Shown here: positions 37,901 to 51,900 of the stretch, one piece after another | Layout: each line of letters opens with the position of its first letter | Numbering within the stretch: position 1 is the stretch's first letter | The notes under the pieces: generated by a model | What the model was told of the DNA's origin: nothing | Seen by the model: only the letters and a program-made list of their open reading frames with translations | Database searches by the model: none | Assembly (NCBI GenBank): GCA_964016885.1 | Contig: OZ024744.1 | Coordinates: forward strand, 12,524,001 to 12,588,000 | DNA: 64,000 bases | Source: Eledone cirrhosa | Taxonomy: Eukaryota | Direction: 5' to 3' | Position numbers and translations under genes: made by a program

Positions 37901-40900
37901 GGTGACATGACAGTAGTGTAGGTGGTAGTAGTGGTGACATGACTGTAGTGTAGGTGGTAGTAGTGGTGACATGACAGTAGTGTAGGTGGTAGTAGTGGTG
38001 TCATGACAGTAGTGTAGCTGGTAGTAGTGGTGACATGACGGTAGTGTAGGTGGTAGTAGTGGTGACATGACAGTAGTGTAGGTGGTAGTAGTGGTGTCAT
38101 GACAGTAGTGTAGCTGGTAGTAGTGGTGTCATGACAGTAGTGTAGGTGGTAGTAGTGGTGTCATGACAATAGTGTCGGTGCTAGTAGTGGTGACATGATA
38201 GTAGTGTAGGTGGTAGTAGTGGTGACATGACAGTAGTGTAGGTGGTAGTAGTGGTGTCATGACAGTAGTGTAGGTGGTAGTAGTGGTGACATTAAAAGTA
38301 GTGTAGGTGGTAGTAGTGGTGACATGACAGTAGTGTAGGTGGTAGTAGTGGTGTCATGACAGCAGTGTAGGTGGTAGTAGTGGTGACATGACAGTAGTGT
38401 AGGTGGTAGTAGTGGTGACATGACAGTAGTGTAGGTGGTAGTAGTGGTGACATGACTGTAGTGTAGGTGGTAGTAGTGGTGTCATGACAATAGTGTAGGT
38501 GGTAGTAGTGGTGTCATGACAGTAGTGTAGGTAGTAGTAGTGGTGTCATGACAATAGTGTAGGTGGTAGTAGTGGTGAAATGACAGTAGTATAGATGGTA
38601 GTAGTGGTGACATGACAGTAGTGTAGGTGGGAGTAGTGGTGAGATGACAGTAGTGTAGGTGGTAGTAGTGGTGTCATGACAATAGTATAGGTGGTAGTAG
38701 TGGTGACATGACAGTAGTGTATGTGGTAGTAGTAGCGACATGACAGTAGTGTAGGTGGTAGTAGTGGTGACATGACAGTAGTGTAGGTGGTAGTAGTGGT
38801 GACATGACAGTAGTGTAGGTGGTAGTAGTGGTATCATGACTGTAGTGTAGGTGGTAGTAGTGGTGACATGACAGTAGTGTAGGTGGTAGTAGTGGTGACA
38901 TGACAGTAGTGTAGGTGGTAGTAGTGGTGACATGACTGTAGTGTAGGTGGTAGTAGTGGTGACATGACAGTAGTGTAGGTGGTAGTAGTGGTGACATGAC
39001 AGTAGTGTAGGTGGTAGTAGTGGTGTCATGACAATAGTGTAGGTGGTAGTAGTGGTGAAATGACAGTAGTATAGGTGGTAGTAGTGGTGACATGACAGTA
39101 GTGTAGGTGGGAGTAGTGGTGACATGACAGTACTGTAGGTGGTAGTAGTAGTGTCATGACAGTAGTGTAGGTGGTAGTAGTGGTGTCATGACAGTAGTGT
39201 AGGTGGTAGTACTGGTGATATGACAGTAGTGTAGGTGGTAGTAGTGATGACATGACAGTAGTGTAGAGGGTAGTAGTGGTGTCATGACAGTAGTGTAGGT
39301 GGTAGTAGTGGTGTCATGACTGTAGTATAGGTGGTAGTAGTGGTGTCATGACAGTAGTGGTGACATGACAGTAGTGTAGGTGGTAGTAGTGGTGACCTGA
39401 CAATAGTGTAGGTGGTAGTAGTGGTGACATGACAGTACTGTAGGTGGTAGTAGTGGTGACATGACAGTAGTGTAGGTGGTAGTAGTGGTGTCATGACAGT
39501 AGTGTATGTGGTAGTAGTGGTGACATGACAGTAGTGTAGTTGGTAGTAGTGGTGACATGACAGTAGTGTAGGTGGTAGTAGTGGTGACATGACAGTAGTG
39601 TAGTTGGTAGTAGGGGTGACATGACAGTAGTGTAGGTGGTAGTAGTGGTGTCATGACAGTAGTGTAGGTGGTAGTAGTGGTGACATGACAGTAGTGTAGG
39701 TGGTAGTAGTGGTGACATGACAGTACTGTAGGTGGTAGTAGTGGTGACATGACAGTAGTGTAGGTGGTAGTAGTGGTGTCATGACAGTAGTGCATGTGTT
39801 AGTAGTGGTGACATGACAGTAGTGTAGTTGGTAGTAGTGGTGACATGACAGTAGTGTAGGTGGTAGTAGTGGTGTCATGACAGTACTGTAGGTGGTAGTA
39901 GTGGTGACATGACAGTAGTGTAGGTGGTAGTAGTGGTGACATGACAGTAGTGTAGGTGGTAGTAGTGGTGACATGACAGTAGTGTAGGTGGTAGTAGTGG
40001 TGACATGACAGTACTGTAGGTGGTAGTAGTGGTGACATGACAGTAGTGTAGGTGGTAGTAGTGGTGTCATGACAGTAGTGTATGTGGTAGTAGTGGTGAC
40101 ATGACAGTACTGTAGGTGGTAGTAGTGGTGACAACAGTAGTGTAGGTGGTAGTAGTGGTGTCATGATAGTTGTGTGTGTGGTAGTAGTGGTCTCATGACA
40201 GTAGTGTAAGGTGGTAGTAGTGGTGATATGACAGTAGTGTCGGTGGTAGTAGTGGTGACATGACAGTACTGTAGGTGGTAGTAGTGGTGACATGACAGTA
40301 GTGTAGGTGGTAGTAGTGGTGTCATGACAGTAGTGTAGGTGGTAGTAGTGGTGACATGACAGTGGTGTAGGTGGTAGTAGTGGTGACATGACAGTAGTGT
40401 AGGTGGTAGTAGTGGTGACATGACGGTAGTGTAAGTGGTAGTAATGGTGACATGACAGTAGTGTAGGTGGTAGTAGTGGTGACATGACAGTAGTGTAGGT
40501 GTTAGTAGTGGTGACATGACAGTAGTGTAGGTGGTAGTAGTGGTGTCATGACAGTAGTGTATGTGGTAGTAGTGGTGACATGACAGTAGTGTAGTTGGTA
40601 GTAGTGGTGACATGACAGTAGTGTAGGTGGTAGTAGTGGTGACATGACAGTAGTGTAGGTGTTAGTAGTGGTGACATGACAGTAGTGTAGGTGGTAGTAG
40701 TGGTGACATGACAGTAGTGTAGGTGGTAGTAGTGGTGTCATGACAGTAGTGTAGGTGGTAGTAGTGGTGACATGACAGTACTGTAGGTGGTAGTAGTAAT
40801 GTCATGACAGTAGTGTAGGTGGTAGTAGTGGTGTCATGACAGTACTGTAGGTGGTAGTAGTGGTGTCATGACAGTAGTGTAGGTGGAAGTAGTGGTGACA

Positions 40901-41650
40901 TGATAGTAGTGTAGGTGATAGTAGTGGTGTCATGACAGTAGTGTAGGTGGTAGTAGTGTGGTCATGACAGTAGTGTAAGTGGTAGTAATAGTGACATGAC
41001 AGTAGTGTAGGTGGTAGTAGTGGTGACATGACAGTAGTGTAGGTGGTAGTAGTGGTGACATGACAGTAGTGTAGGTGGTAGTAGTGGTGTCATGACAGTA
41101 GTGTAGGTGGTAGTAGTAGTGACATGACAGTAGTGTAAGTGGTAGTAATAGTGACATGACAGTAGTGTAGGTGGTAGTAGTGGTGACATGACAGTAGTGT
41201 AGATGGTAGTAGTGCTGATATGACAGTAGCGTAGGTGGTAGTAGGGTGACATGACAGTAGTGTAGGTGGTAGTAGTGGTGTCATGACAGTAGTGTAGGGG
41301 GTAGTAGTGGTGACATGACAGTAGTGTAGGTGGTAGTAGTGCTGTCATGACAGTAGTGTAGGTGGTAGTAGTGGTGACATAACAGTAGTGCAGGTGGTAG
41401 TAGTGGTGACATGACAGTGGTGTAGGTGGTAGTAGTGGTGACATGTCAATAGTGTAGGTGTTAGTAGTGGTGTCATGACAGTGGTGTAGGTGGTAATAGT
41501 GGTGACATGACAGTAGTGTAGGTGGTAGTAGTGGTGACATGACGGTAGTGTAAGTGGTAGTAATGGTGACATGACAGTAGTGTAGGTGGTAGTAGTGGTG
41601 ACATGACAGTGGTGTAGGTGGTAATAGTGGTGACATGACAGTAGTGTAGG

Positions 41651-44600
41651 TGGTAGTAGTGGTGTCATGACAGTAGTGTAGGTGGTAGTAGTGGTGACAT
41701 GAAAGTAGTGTAGGTGGTAGTAGTGGTGTCATGACTGTAGTGTAGGTGGTAGTAGTGGTGACATAACAGTAGTGTAGGTTGTAGTAGTGGTGACATGACA
41801 GTAGTGTAGGTGGTAGTAGTGGTGACATGACAGTAGTGTAGGTTGTAGTAGTGGTGACATGACAGTAGTGTAGGTGGTAGTAGTGGTGACATGACAGTAG
41901 TGTAGGTGGTAGTAGTGGTGACATGACAGTAGTGTAGGTGGTAGTAGTGGTGTCATGACTGTAGTGTAGGTGGTAGTAGTGGTGACATGACAGTAGTGTA
42001 GGTGTTAGTAGTGGTGACATGACAGTAGTGTAGGTGGTAGTAGTGGTGTCATGACAGTAGTGTAGGTGGTAGTAGTGGTGACATGACAGTGGTGTAGGTG
42101 GTAGTAGTGGTGACATGACAGTAGTGTAGGTGGTAGTAGTGGTGACATAACAGTAGTGTAGGTTGTAGTAGTGGTGACATGACAGTAGTGTAGGTGGTAG
42201 TAGTGGTGACATGACAGTAGTGTAGGTGTTAGTAGTGGTGACATGACCGTAGTGTAGGTGGTAGTACAGGTGTCATCACAATAGTGTAGGTGGTAGTAGT
42301 GGTGACATGACAGTAGTGTAGCTGGTAGTAGTGGTGACATGACAGTAGTGTAGGTGGTAGTAATGGTGTCATGACAGTAGTGTAGGTGGTAGTAGTGGTG
42401 ACAGAATAGTAGTGTAGGTGGTAGGAGGGTGACATGACAGTAGTGTAGGTGGTAGTAGTGGTGTCATGACAATAGTGTCGGTGGTAGTAGTGGTGACATG
42501 ACAGTAGTGTAGGTGGTAGTAGTGGTGACATGACAGTAGTGTAGGTGGTAGTAGTAGTGTCATGACAGTAGTGTAGGTGTTAGTAGTGGTGACATGAGAA
42601 TAGTGTAGGTGGTAGTAGTGGTGTCATGACAGTAGTGTAGGTGGTAGTAGTGGTGTCATGACAATAGTGTCGGTGGTAGTAGTGGTGGGTGACATGATAG
42701 TAGTGTAGGTGGTAGTAGTGGTGACATGACAGTAGTGTAGGTGGTAGTAGTGGTGACATCACAGTAGTGTAGGTGGTAGTAGTGGTGACATGACAGTAGT
42801 GTAGGTGGTAGTAGTGGTGTCATGAAAGTAGTGTAGGTGGTAGTAGTGGTGTGATAACAATAGTGTAGGTGGTAGTAGTGGTGTCATGACAGTAGTGTAG
42901 GTGGTAGTAGTGGTGACATTAAAAGTAGTGTAGGTGGTAGTAGTGGTGACATGACTGTAGTGTAGGTGGTAGTAGTGGTGACATGACAGTAGTGTAGGTG
43001 GTAGTCGTGGTGACATGACAGTAGTGTAGGTGTTAGTAGTGGTGTCATGACAGCAGTGTAGGTGGTAGTAGTGGTGACATGACAGTAGTGTAGGTGGTAG
43101 TAGTGGTGACATGACAGTAGTGTAGGTGCTAGTAGTGGTGACATAACTGTAGTGTAGGTGGTAGTAGTGGTGTCATGACAATAGTGTAGGTGGTAGTAGT
43201 GGTGTCATGACAGTAGTGTAGGTAGTAGGAGTGGTGTCATGACAATAGTGTAGGTGGTAGTAGTGGTGAAATGACAGTAGTATAGGTGGTAGTAGTGGTG
43301 ACATGACAGTAGTGTAGGTGGGAGTAGTGGTGACATGACAGTAGTGTAGGTGGTAGTAGTGGTGTCATGACAATAGTGTAGGTGGTAGTAGTGGTGTCAT
43401 GACAATAGTGTAGGTGGTAGTAGTTGTGACATGACAGTAGTGTAGGTGGGAGTAGTGGTGACATGACAGTACTGTAGGTGGTAGTATTGTGTCATGACAG
43501 TAGTGTAGGTGGTAGTACTGGTGACATGACAGTAGTGTAGGTGGTAGAAGTGATGACATGACAGTAGTGTAGGGGGTAGTAGTGGTGTCATGACAGTAGT
43601 GTAGGTGGTAGTAGTGGTGTCATGACTGTAGTATAGGTGGTAGTAGTGGTGTCATGACAGTAGTGGTGACATGACAGTAGTGTAGGTGGTAGTAGTGGTG
43701 ACATGACAGTAGTGTAGGTGGTAGTAGTGGTGTCATGACAGCAGTGTAGGTGGTAGTAGTGGTGACATGACAGTAGTGTAGGTGGTAGTAGTGGTGACAG
43801 GACAGTAGTGTAGGTGGTAGTAGTGGTGACATGACTGTAGTGTAGGTGGTAGTAGTGGTGACATGACAGTACTGTAGGTGGTAGTAGTGGTGACATGACA
43901 GTAGTGTAGGTGGTAGTAGTGGTGTCATGACAGTAGTGTATGTGGTAGTAATGGTGACATGACAGTAGTGTAGTTGGTAGTAGTGGTGACATGACAGTAG
44001 TGTAGGTGGTAGTAGTGGTGACATGACAGTAGTGTAGGTGGTAGTAGTGGTGACATGACAGTAGTGTAAGTGGTAGTTGTGGTGTCATGACAGTAGTGTA
44101 GGTAGTAGTGGTGACATGACAGTAGTGTAGGTGGTAGTAGTGGTGACATGACAGTACTGTAGGTGGTAGTAGTGGTGACATGACAGTAGTGTAGGTGGTA
44201 GTAGTGGTGTCATGACAGTAGTGTATGTGGTAGTAGTGGTGACATGACAGTAGTGTAGGTGGTAGTAGTGGTGACATGACAGTACTGTAGGTGGTAGTAG
44301 TGGTGACATGACAGTAGTGTAGGTGGTAGTAGTGGTGGCATAACAGTAGTGTAGGTGGTAGTAGTGGTGGCATATCAATAGTGTAGGTGTTACTAGTAGT
44401 GTCATGACAGTAGTGTAGGTGGTAGTAGTGGTGACATGACAGTAGTGTAGATGGTAGTAGTGGTGACAACAGTAGTGTAGGTGGTAGTAGTGGTGACATG
44501 ACAGTACTGTAGGTGGTAGTAGTGGTGACAACAGTAGTGTAGGTGGTAGTAGTGGTGTCATGATAGTGGTGTGGGTGGTAGTAGTGGTGTCATGACAGTA

Positions 44601-47600
44601 GTGTAGGTGGTAGTAGTGGTGACATGACAGTAGTGTCGGTGGTAGTAGTGGTAGTAGTGATGACATGACAGTACTGTAGGTGGTAGTAGTGGTGTCATGA
44701 CAGTAGGGTAGGTGGTAGTAGTGGTGACATAACAGTAGTGTAGGTGGTAGTAGTGGTGACATGACAGTGGTGTAGGTGGTAGTAGTGGTGACATGACAGT
44801 AGTGTAGGTGGTAGTAGTGGTGACGTGACGGTAGTGTAAGTGGTAGTAATGGTGACATGACAGTAGTGTAGGTGGTAGTAGTGGTGACATGACAGTAGTG
44901 TAGGTGGTAGTAGTGGTGACGTGACGGTAGTGTAAGTGGTAGTAATGGTGACATGACAGTAGTGTAGGTGGTAGTAGTGGTGACATGACAGTGGTGTAGG
45001 TGGTAATAGTGGTGACATGACAGTAGTGTAGGTGGTAGTAGTGGTGGCGTGGCGGTAGTGTAGCTGGTAGTAGTGATGACATGACAGTAGTGTAGCTGGT
45101 AGTAGTGGTGACATGACAGTAGTGTAGGTGGTAGTAGTGGTGACATGACAGTAGTGTAGGTGGTAGTAGTGGTGACATGACAGTAGTGTAGGTGGTAGTA
45201 ATGGTGTCATGACAGTAGTGGTGACATGACAGTAGTGTAGTTGGTAGTAGTGGTGACATGACAGTAGTGTAGGTGGTAGTAGTGGTGACATGACAGTAGT
45301 GTAGCTGGTAGTAGTGGTGACATGACAGTAGTGTAGGTGGTAGTAATGGTGACATGAAAGTAGTGTAGGTGGTAGTAGTGGTGTCATGACTGTAGTGTAG
45401 GTGGTAGTAGTGGTGACATGACAGTAGTGTAGCTGGTAGTAGTGGTGTCATGACAGTAGTGTAGGTGGTAGTAGTGGTGACATGAAAGTAGTGTAGGTGG
45501 TAGTAGTGGTGTCATGACTGTAGTGTAGGTGGTAGTAGTGGTGACATAACAGTAGTGTAGGTTGTAGTAGTGGTGACATGACAGTAGTGTAGGTGGTAGT
45601 AGTGGTGACATGACAGTAGTGTAGGTTGTAGTAGTGGTGACATGACAGTAGTGTAGGTGGTAGTAGTGGTGACATGACAGTAGTGTAGGTGGTAGTAGTG
45701 GTGACATGACAGTAGTGTAGGTGGTAGTAGTGGTGTCATGACTGTAGTGTAGGTGGTAGTAGTGGTGACATGACAGTAGTGTAGGTGTTAGTAGTGGTGA
45801 CATGACAGTAGTGTAGGTGGTAGTAGTGGTGTCATGACAGTAGTGTAGGTGGTAGTAGTGGTGACATGACAGTGGTGTAGGTGGTAGTAGTGGTGACATG
45901 ACAGTAGTGTAGGTGGTAGTAGTGGTGACATAACAGTAGTGTAGGTTGTAGTAGTGGTGACATGACAGTAGTGTAGGTGGTAGTAGTGGTGACATGACAG
46001 TAGTGTAGGTGTTAGTAGTGGTGACATGACCGTAGTGTAGGTGGTAGTACAGGTGTCATCACAATAGTGTAGGTGGTAGTAGTGGTGACATGACAGTAGT
46101 GTAGCTGGTAGTAGTGGTGACATGACAGTAGTGTAGGTGGTAGTAATGGTGTCATGACAGTAGTGTAGGTGGTAGTAGTGGTGACAGAATAGTAGTGTAG
46201 GTGGTAGGAGGGTGACATGACAGTAGTGTAGGTGGTAGTAGTGGTGTCATGACAATAGTGTCGGTGGTAGTAGTGGTGACATGACAGTAGTGTAGGTGGT
46301 AGTAGTGGTGACATGACAGTAGTGTAGGTGGTAGTAGTAGTGTCATGACAGTAGTGTAGGTGTTAGTAGTGGTGACATGAGAATAGTGTAGGTGGTAGTA
46401 GTGGTGTCATGACAGTAGTGTAGGTGGTAGTAGTGGTGTCATGACAATAGTGTCGGTGGTAGTAGTGGTGGGTGACATGATAGTAGTGTAGGTGGTAGTA
46501 GTGGTGACATGACAGTAGTGTAGGTGGTAGTAGTGGTGACATCACAGTAGTGTAGGTGGTAGTAGTGGTGACATGACAGTAGTGTAGGTGGTAGTAGTGG
46601 TGTCATGAAAGTAGTGTAGGTGGTAGTAGTGGTGTGATAACAATAGTGTAGGTGGTAGTAGTGGTGTCATGACAGTAGTGTAGGTGGTAGTAGTGGTGAC
46701 ATTAAAAGTAGTGTAGGTGGTAGTAGTGGTGACATGACTGTAGTGTAGGTGGTAGTAGTGGTGACATGACAGTAGTGTAGGTGGTAGTCGTGGTGACATG
46801 ACAGTAGTGTAGGTGTTAGTAGTGGTGTCATGACAGCAGTGTAGGTGGTAGTAGTGGTGACATGACAGTAGTGTAGGTGGTAGTAGTGGTGACATGACAG
46901 TAGTGTAGGTGCTAGTAGTGGTGACATAACTGTAGTGTAGGTGGTAGTAGTGGTGTCATGACAATAGTGTAGGTGGTAGTAGTGGTGTCATGACAGTAGT
47001 GTAGGTAGTAGGAGTGGTGTCATGACAATAGTGTAGGTGGTAGTAGTGGTGAAATGACAGTAGTATAGGTGGTAGTAGTGGTGACATGACAGTAGTGTAG
47101 GTGGGAGTAGTGGTGACATGACAGTAGTGTAGGTGGTAGTAGTGGTGTCATGACAATAGTGTAGGTGGTAGTAGTGGTGTCATGACAATAGTGTAGGTGG
47201 TAGTAGTTGTGACATGACAGTAGTGTAGGTGGGAGTAGTGGTGACATGACAGTACTGTAGGTGGTAGTATTGTGTCATGACAGTAGTGTAGGTGGTAGTA
47301 CTGGTGACATGACAGTAGTGTAGGTGGTAGAAGTGATGACATGACAGTAGTGTAGGGGGTAGTAGTGGTGTCATGACAGTAGTGTAGGTGGTAGTAGTGG
47401 TGTCATGACTGTAGTATAGGTGGTAGTAGTGGTGTCATGACAGTAGTGGTGACATGACAGTAGTGTAGGTGGTAGTAGTGGTGACATGACAGTAGTGTAG
47501 GTGGTAGTAGTGGTGTCATGACAGCAGTGTAGGTGGTAGTAGTGGTGACATGACAGTAGTGTAGGTGGTAGTAGTGGTGACAGGACAGTAGTGTAGGTGG

Positions 47601-48910
47601 TAGTAGTGGTGACATGACTGTAGTGTAGGTGGTAGTAGTGGTGACATGACAGTACTGTAGGTGGTAGTAGTGGTGACATGACAGTAGTGTAGGTGGTAGT
47701 AGTGGTGTCATGACAGTAGTGTATGTGGTAGTAATGGTGACATGACAGTAGTGTAGTTGGTAGTAGTGGTGACATGACAGTAGTGTAGGTGGTAGTAGTG
47801 GTGACATGACAGTAGTGTAGGTGGTAGTAGTGGTGACATGACAGTAGTGTAAGTGGTAGTTGTGGTGTCATGACAGTAGTGTAGGTAGTAGTGGTGACAT
47901 GACAGTAGTGTAGGTGGTAGTAGTGGTGACATGACAGTACTGTAGGTGGTAGTAGTGGTGACATGACAGTAGTGTAGGTGGTAGTAGTGGTGTCATGACA
48001 GTAGTGTATGTGGTAGTAGTGGTGACATGACAGTAGTGTAGGTGGTAGTAGTGGTGACATGACAGTACTGTAGGTGGTAGTAGTGGTGACATGACAGTAG
48101 TGTAGGTGGTAGTAGTGGTGGCATAACAGTAGTGTAGGTGGTAGTAGTGGTGGCATAACAATAGTGTAGGTGTTACTAGTAGTGTCATGACAGTAGTGTA
48201 GGTGGTAGTAGTGGTGACATGACAGTAGTGTAGATGGTAGTAGTGGTGACAACAGTAGTGTAGGTGGTAGTAGTGGTGACATGACAGTACTGTAGGTGGT
48301 AGTAGTGGTGACAACAGTAGTGTAGGTGGTAGTAGTGGTGTCATGATAGTGGTGTGGGTGGTAGTAGTGGTGTCATGACAGTAGTGTAGGTGGTAGTAGT
48401 GGTGACATGACAGTAGTGTCGGTGGTAGTAGTGGTAGTAGTGATGACATGACAGTACTGTAGGTGGTAGTAGTGGTGTCATGACAGTAGGGTAGGTGGTA
48501 GTAGTGGTGACATAACAGTAGTGTAGGTGGTAGTAGTGGTGACATGACAGTGGTGTAGGTGGTAGTAGTGGTGACATGACAGTAGTGTAGGTGGTAGTAG
48601 TGGTGACGTGACGGTAGTGTAAGTGGTAGTAATGGTGACATGACAGTAGTGTAGGTGGTAGTAGTGGTGACATGACAGTAGTGTAGGTGGTAGTAGTGGT
48701 GACATGACAGTAGTGTAGGTGGTAGTAGTGGTGACATGACAGTAGTGAAGGTGGTAGTAATGGTGTCATGACAGTAGTGGTGACATGACAGTAGTGTAGT
48801 TGGTAGTAGTGGTGACATGACAGTAGTGTAGGTGGTAGTAGTGGTGACATGACAGTAGTGTAGCTGGTAGTAGTGGTGACATGACAGTAGTGTAGGTGGT
48901 AGTAATGGTG
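41651..48910 (+). repeat. Tandem higher-order repeat, 3,783-bp unit (119 monomers), 2 copies; the second lacks 224 bp (7 monomers)
   Basis: ORF pairs at offset 3783 (41665/45448, 42005/45788, 42580/46363, 43237/47020, 43588/47371). 3783 = 119x32 - 25, matching the summed visible indels. The offset drops to 3559 after ~44920/48700. Confidence 0.92.
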
Positions 48911-51900
48911 TCATGACAGTAGTTTAGGTGGTAGTATTGGTGTCATGACAGTAGTGTAGGTGGTAGTAGTGGTGACATGACAGTAGTGTAGGTGGTAGTA
49001 GTGGTGTCATGACTGTAGTGTAGGTGGTAGTAGTGGTGACATAACAGTAGTGTAGGTGGTAGTAGTGGTGTCATGACAGTGGTGTAGGTGGTAGTAGTGG
49101 TATCATAACAGTAGTGTAGGTGGTAGTGGTGGTGACATAACAGTAGTGTAGGTTGTAGTAGAGGTGACATGATAGTAGTGTAGGTGGTAGTAGTGGTGAC
49201 ATGACAGTAGTGTAGGTGGTAGTAGTGGTATCATGACAATAGTGTAGGTGTTAGTAGTGATTACATGACAGTAGTGTAGGTGGTAGTACTGGTGACATGA
49301 CAGTAGTGTAGGTGGTAGTAGTAGTGTCATGACAGTAGTGTAGGTGGTAGTAGTCGTATCATAACAGTAGTGTAGGTGGTAGTAGTGGTGACATAACAGT
49401 AGTGTAGGTTGTATTGAGGTGACATGATAGTAGTGTAGGTGGTAGTAGTGGTGACATAACAGTAGTGTAGGTGGTAGTAGTGGTGACATGACAGTAGTGT
49501 AGGTGTTAGTAGTGATTACATGACAGTAGTGTAGGTGGTAGTACTGGTGACATGACAGTAGTGTAGGTGGTAGTAGTAGTGTCATGACAGTAGTGTAGGT
49601 GGTAGTAGTCGTATCATAACAGTAGTGTAGGTGGTAGTAGTGGTGACATGACAGTAGTGTAGGTGGTAGTAGTCGTATCATAACAGTAGTGTAGGTGGTA
49701 GTAGTGGTGTCATGACAGTAGTGTAGGTGGTAGTAGTGGTATCATAACAGTAGTGTAGGTTGTAGTAGTGGTGACATGACAGTAGTGTATGTGGTAGTAG
49801 TGGTATCATAACAGTAGTGTAGGTGGTAGTAGAGGTGACATGATAGTAGTGTAGGTGGTAGTAGTGGTGACATGACAGTAGTGTAGGTGGTAGTAGTGGT
49901 ATCATGACAATAGTGTAGGTGTTAGTAGTGATTACATGACAGTAGTGTAGGTGGTAGTACTGATGACATGACAGTAGTGTAGGTGGTAGTAGTAGTGTCA
50001 TGACAGTAGTGTAGGTGGTAGTAGTCGTATCATAACAGTAGTGTAGGTGGTAGTAGTGGTGTCATGACAGTAGTGTAGGTGGAAGTAGTGGTGTGATAAC
50101 AGTAGTGTAGGTGGTAGTAGTGGTGACAGAATAGTAGTGTAGGTGGTAGGAGGGTGACATGACAGTAGTGTAGGTGGTAGTAGTGGTGTCATGACAGTAG
50201 TGTAGGTGGTAGTAGGGTGACATGACAGTAGTGTAGGTGGTAGTAGTGGTGACATGACAGTAGTGTAGGTGGTAGTAGTGGTGTCATGACAGTAGTGTAG
50301 GTGGCAGTAGTGGTGACATTAAAAGTAGTGTAGGTGGTAGTAGTGGTGACATGACTGTAGTGTAGGTGGTAGTAGTGGTGACATGACAGTAGTGTAGGTG
50401 GTAGTAGTGGTGACATGACAGTAGTGTAGGTGTTAGTAGTGGTGTCATGACAGCAGTGTAGGTGGTAGTAGTGGTGACATGACAGTAGTGTAGGTGGTAG
50501 TAGTGGTGACATGACAGTAGTGTAGGTGCTAGTAGTGGTGACATAACTGTAGTGTAGGTGGTAGTAGTGGTGTCATGACAATAGTGTAGGTGGTAGTAGT
50601 GGTGTCATGACAGTAGTGTATGTGGTAGTAGTGGTGACATGACAGTAGTGTAGGTGGTAGTAGTGGTGACATGACAGTACTGTAGGTGGTAGTAGTGGTG
50701 ACATGACAGTAGTGTAGGTGGTAGTAGTGGTGGCATAACAGTAGTGTAGGTGGTAGTAGTGGTGGCATAACAATAGTGTAGGTGTTACTAGTAGTGTCAT
50801 GACAGTAGTGTAGGTGGTAGTAGTGGTGACATGACAGTAGTGTAGATGGTAGTAGTGGTGACAACAGTAGTGTAGGTGGTAGTAGTGGTGACATGACAGT
50901 ACTGTAGGTGGTAGTAGTGGGGACAACAGTAGTGTAGGTGGTAGTAGTGGTGTCATGATAGTGGTGTGGGTGGTAGTAGTGGTGTCATGACAGTAGTGTA
51001 GGTGGTAGTAGTGGTGACATGACAGTAGTGTCGTTGGTAGTAGTGGTAGTAGTGATGACATGACAGTACTGTAGGTGGTAGTAGTGGTGTCATGACAGTA
51101 GGGTAGGTGGTAGTAGTGGTGACATAACAGTAGTGTAGGTGGTAGTAGTGGTGACATGACAGTGGTGTAGGTGGTAGTAGTGGTGACATGACAGTAGTGT
51201 AGGTGGTAGTAGTGGTGACGTGACGGTAGTGTAAGTGGTAGTAATGGTGACATGACAGTAGTGTAGGTGGTAGTAGTGGTGACATGACAGTAGTGTAGGT
51301 GGTAGTAGTGGTGACGTGACGGTAGTGTAAGTGGTAGTAATGGTGACATGACAGTAGTGTAGGTGGTAGTAGTGGTGACATGACAGTGGTGTAGGTGGTA
51401 ATAGTGGTGACATGACAGTAGTGTAGGTGGTAGTAGTGGTGGCGTGGCGGTAGTGTAGCTGGTAGTAGTGATGACATGACAGTAGTGTAGCTGGTAGTAG
51501 TGGTGACATGACAGTAGTGTAGGTGGTAGTAGTGGTGACATGACAGTAGTGTAGGTGGTAGTAGTGGTGACATGACAGTAGTGTAGGTGGTAGTAATGGT
51601 GTCATGACAGTAGTGGTGACATGACAGTAGTGTAGTTGGTAGTAGTGGTGACATGACAGTAGTGTAGGTGGTAGTAGTGGTGACATGACAGTAGTGTAGC
51701 TGGTAGTAGTGGTGACATGACAGTAGTGTAGGTGGTAGTAATGGTGTCATGACAGTAGTTTAGGTGGTAGTATTGGTGTCATGACAGTAGTGTAGGTGGT
51801 AGTAGTGGTGACATGACAGTAGTGTAGGTGGTAGTAGTGGTGTCATGACTGTAGTGTAGGTGGTAGTAGTGGTGACATAACAGTAGTGTAGGTGGTAGTA

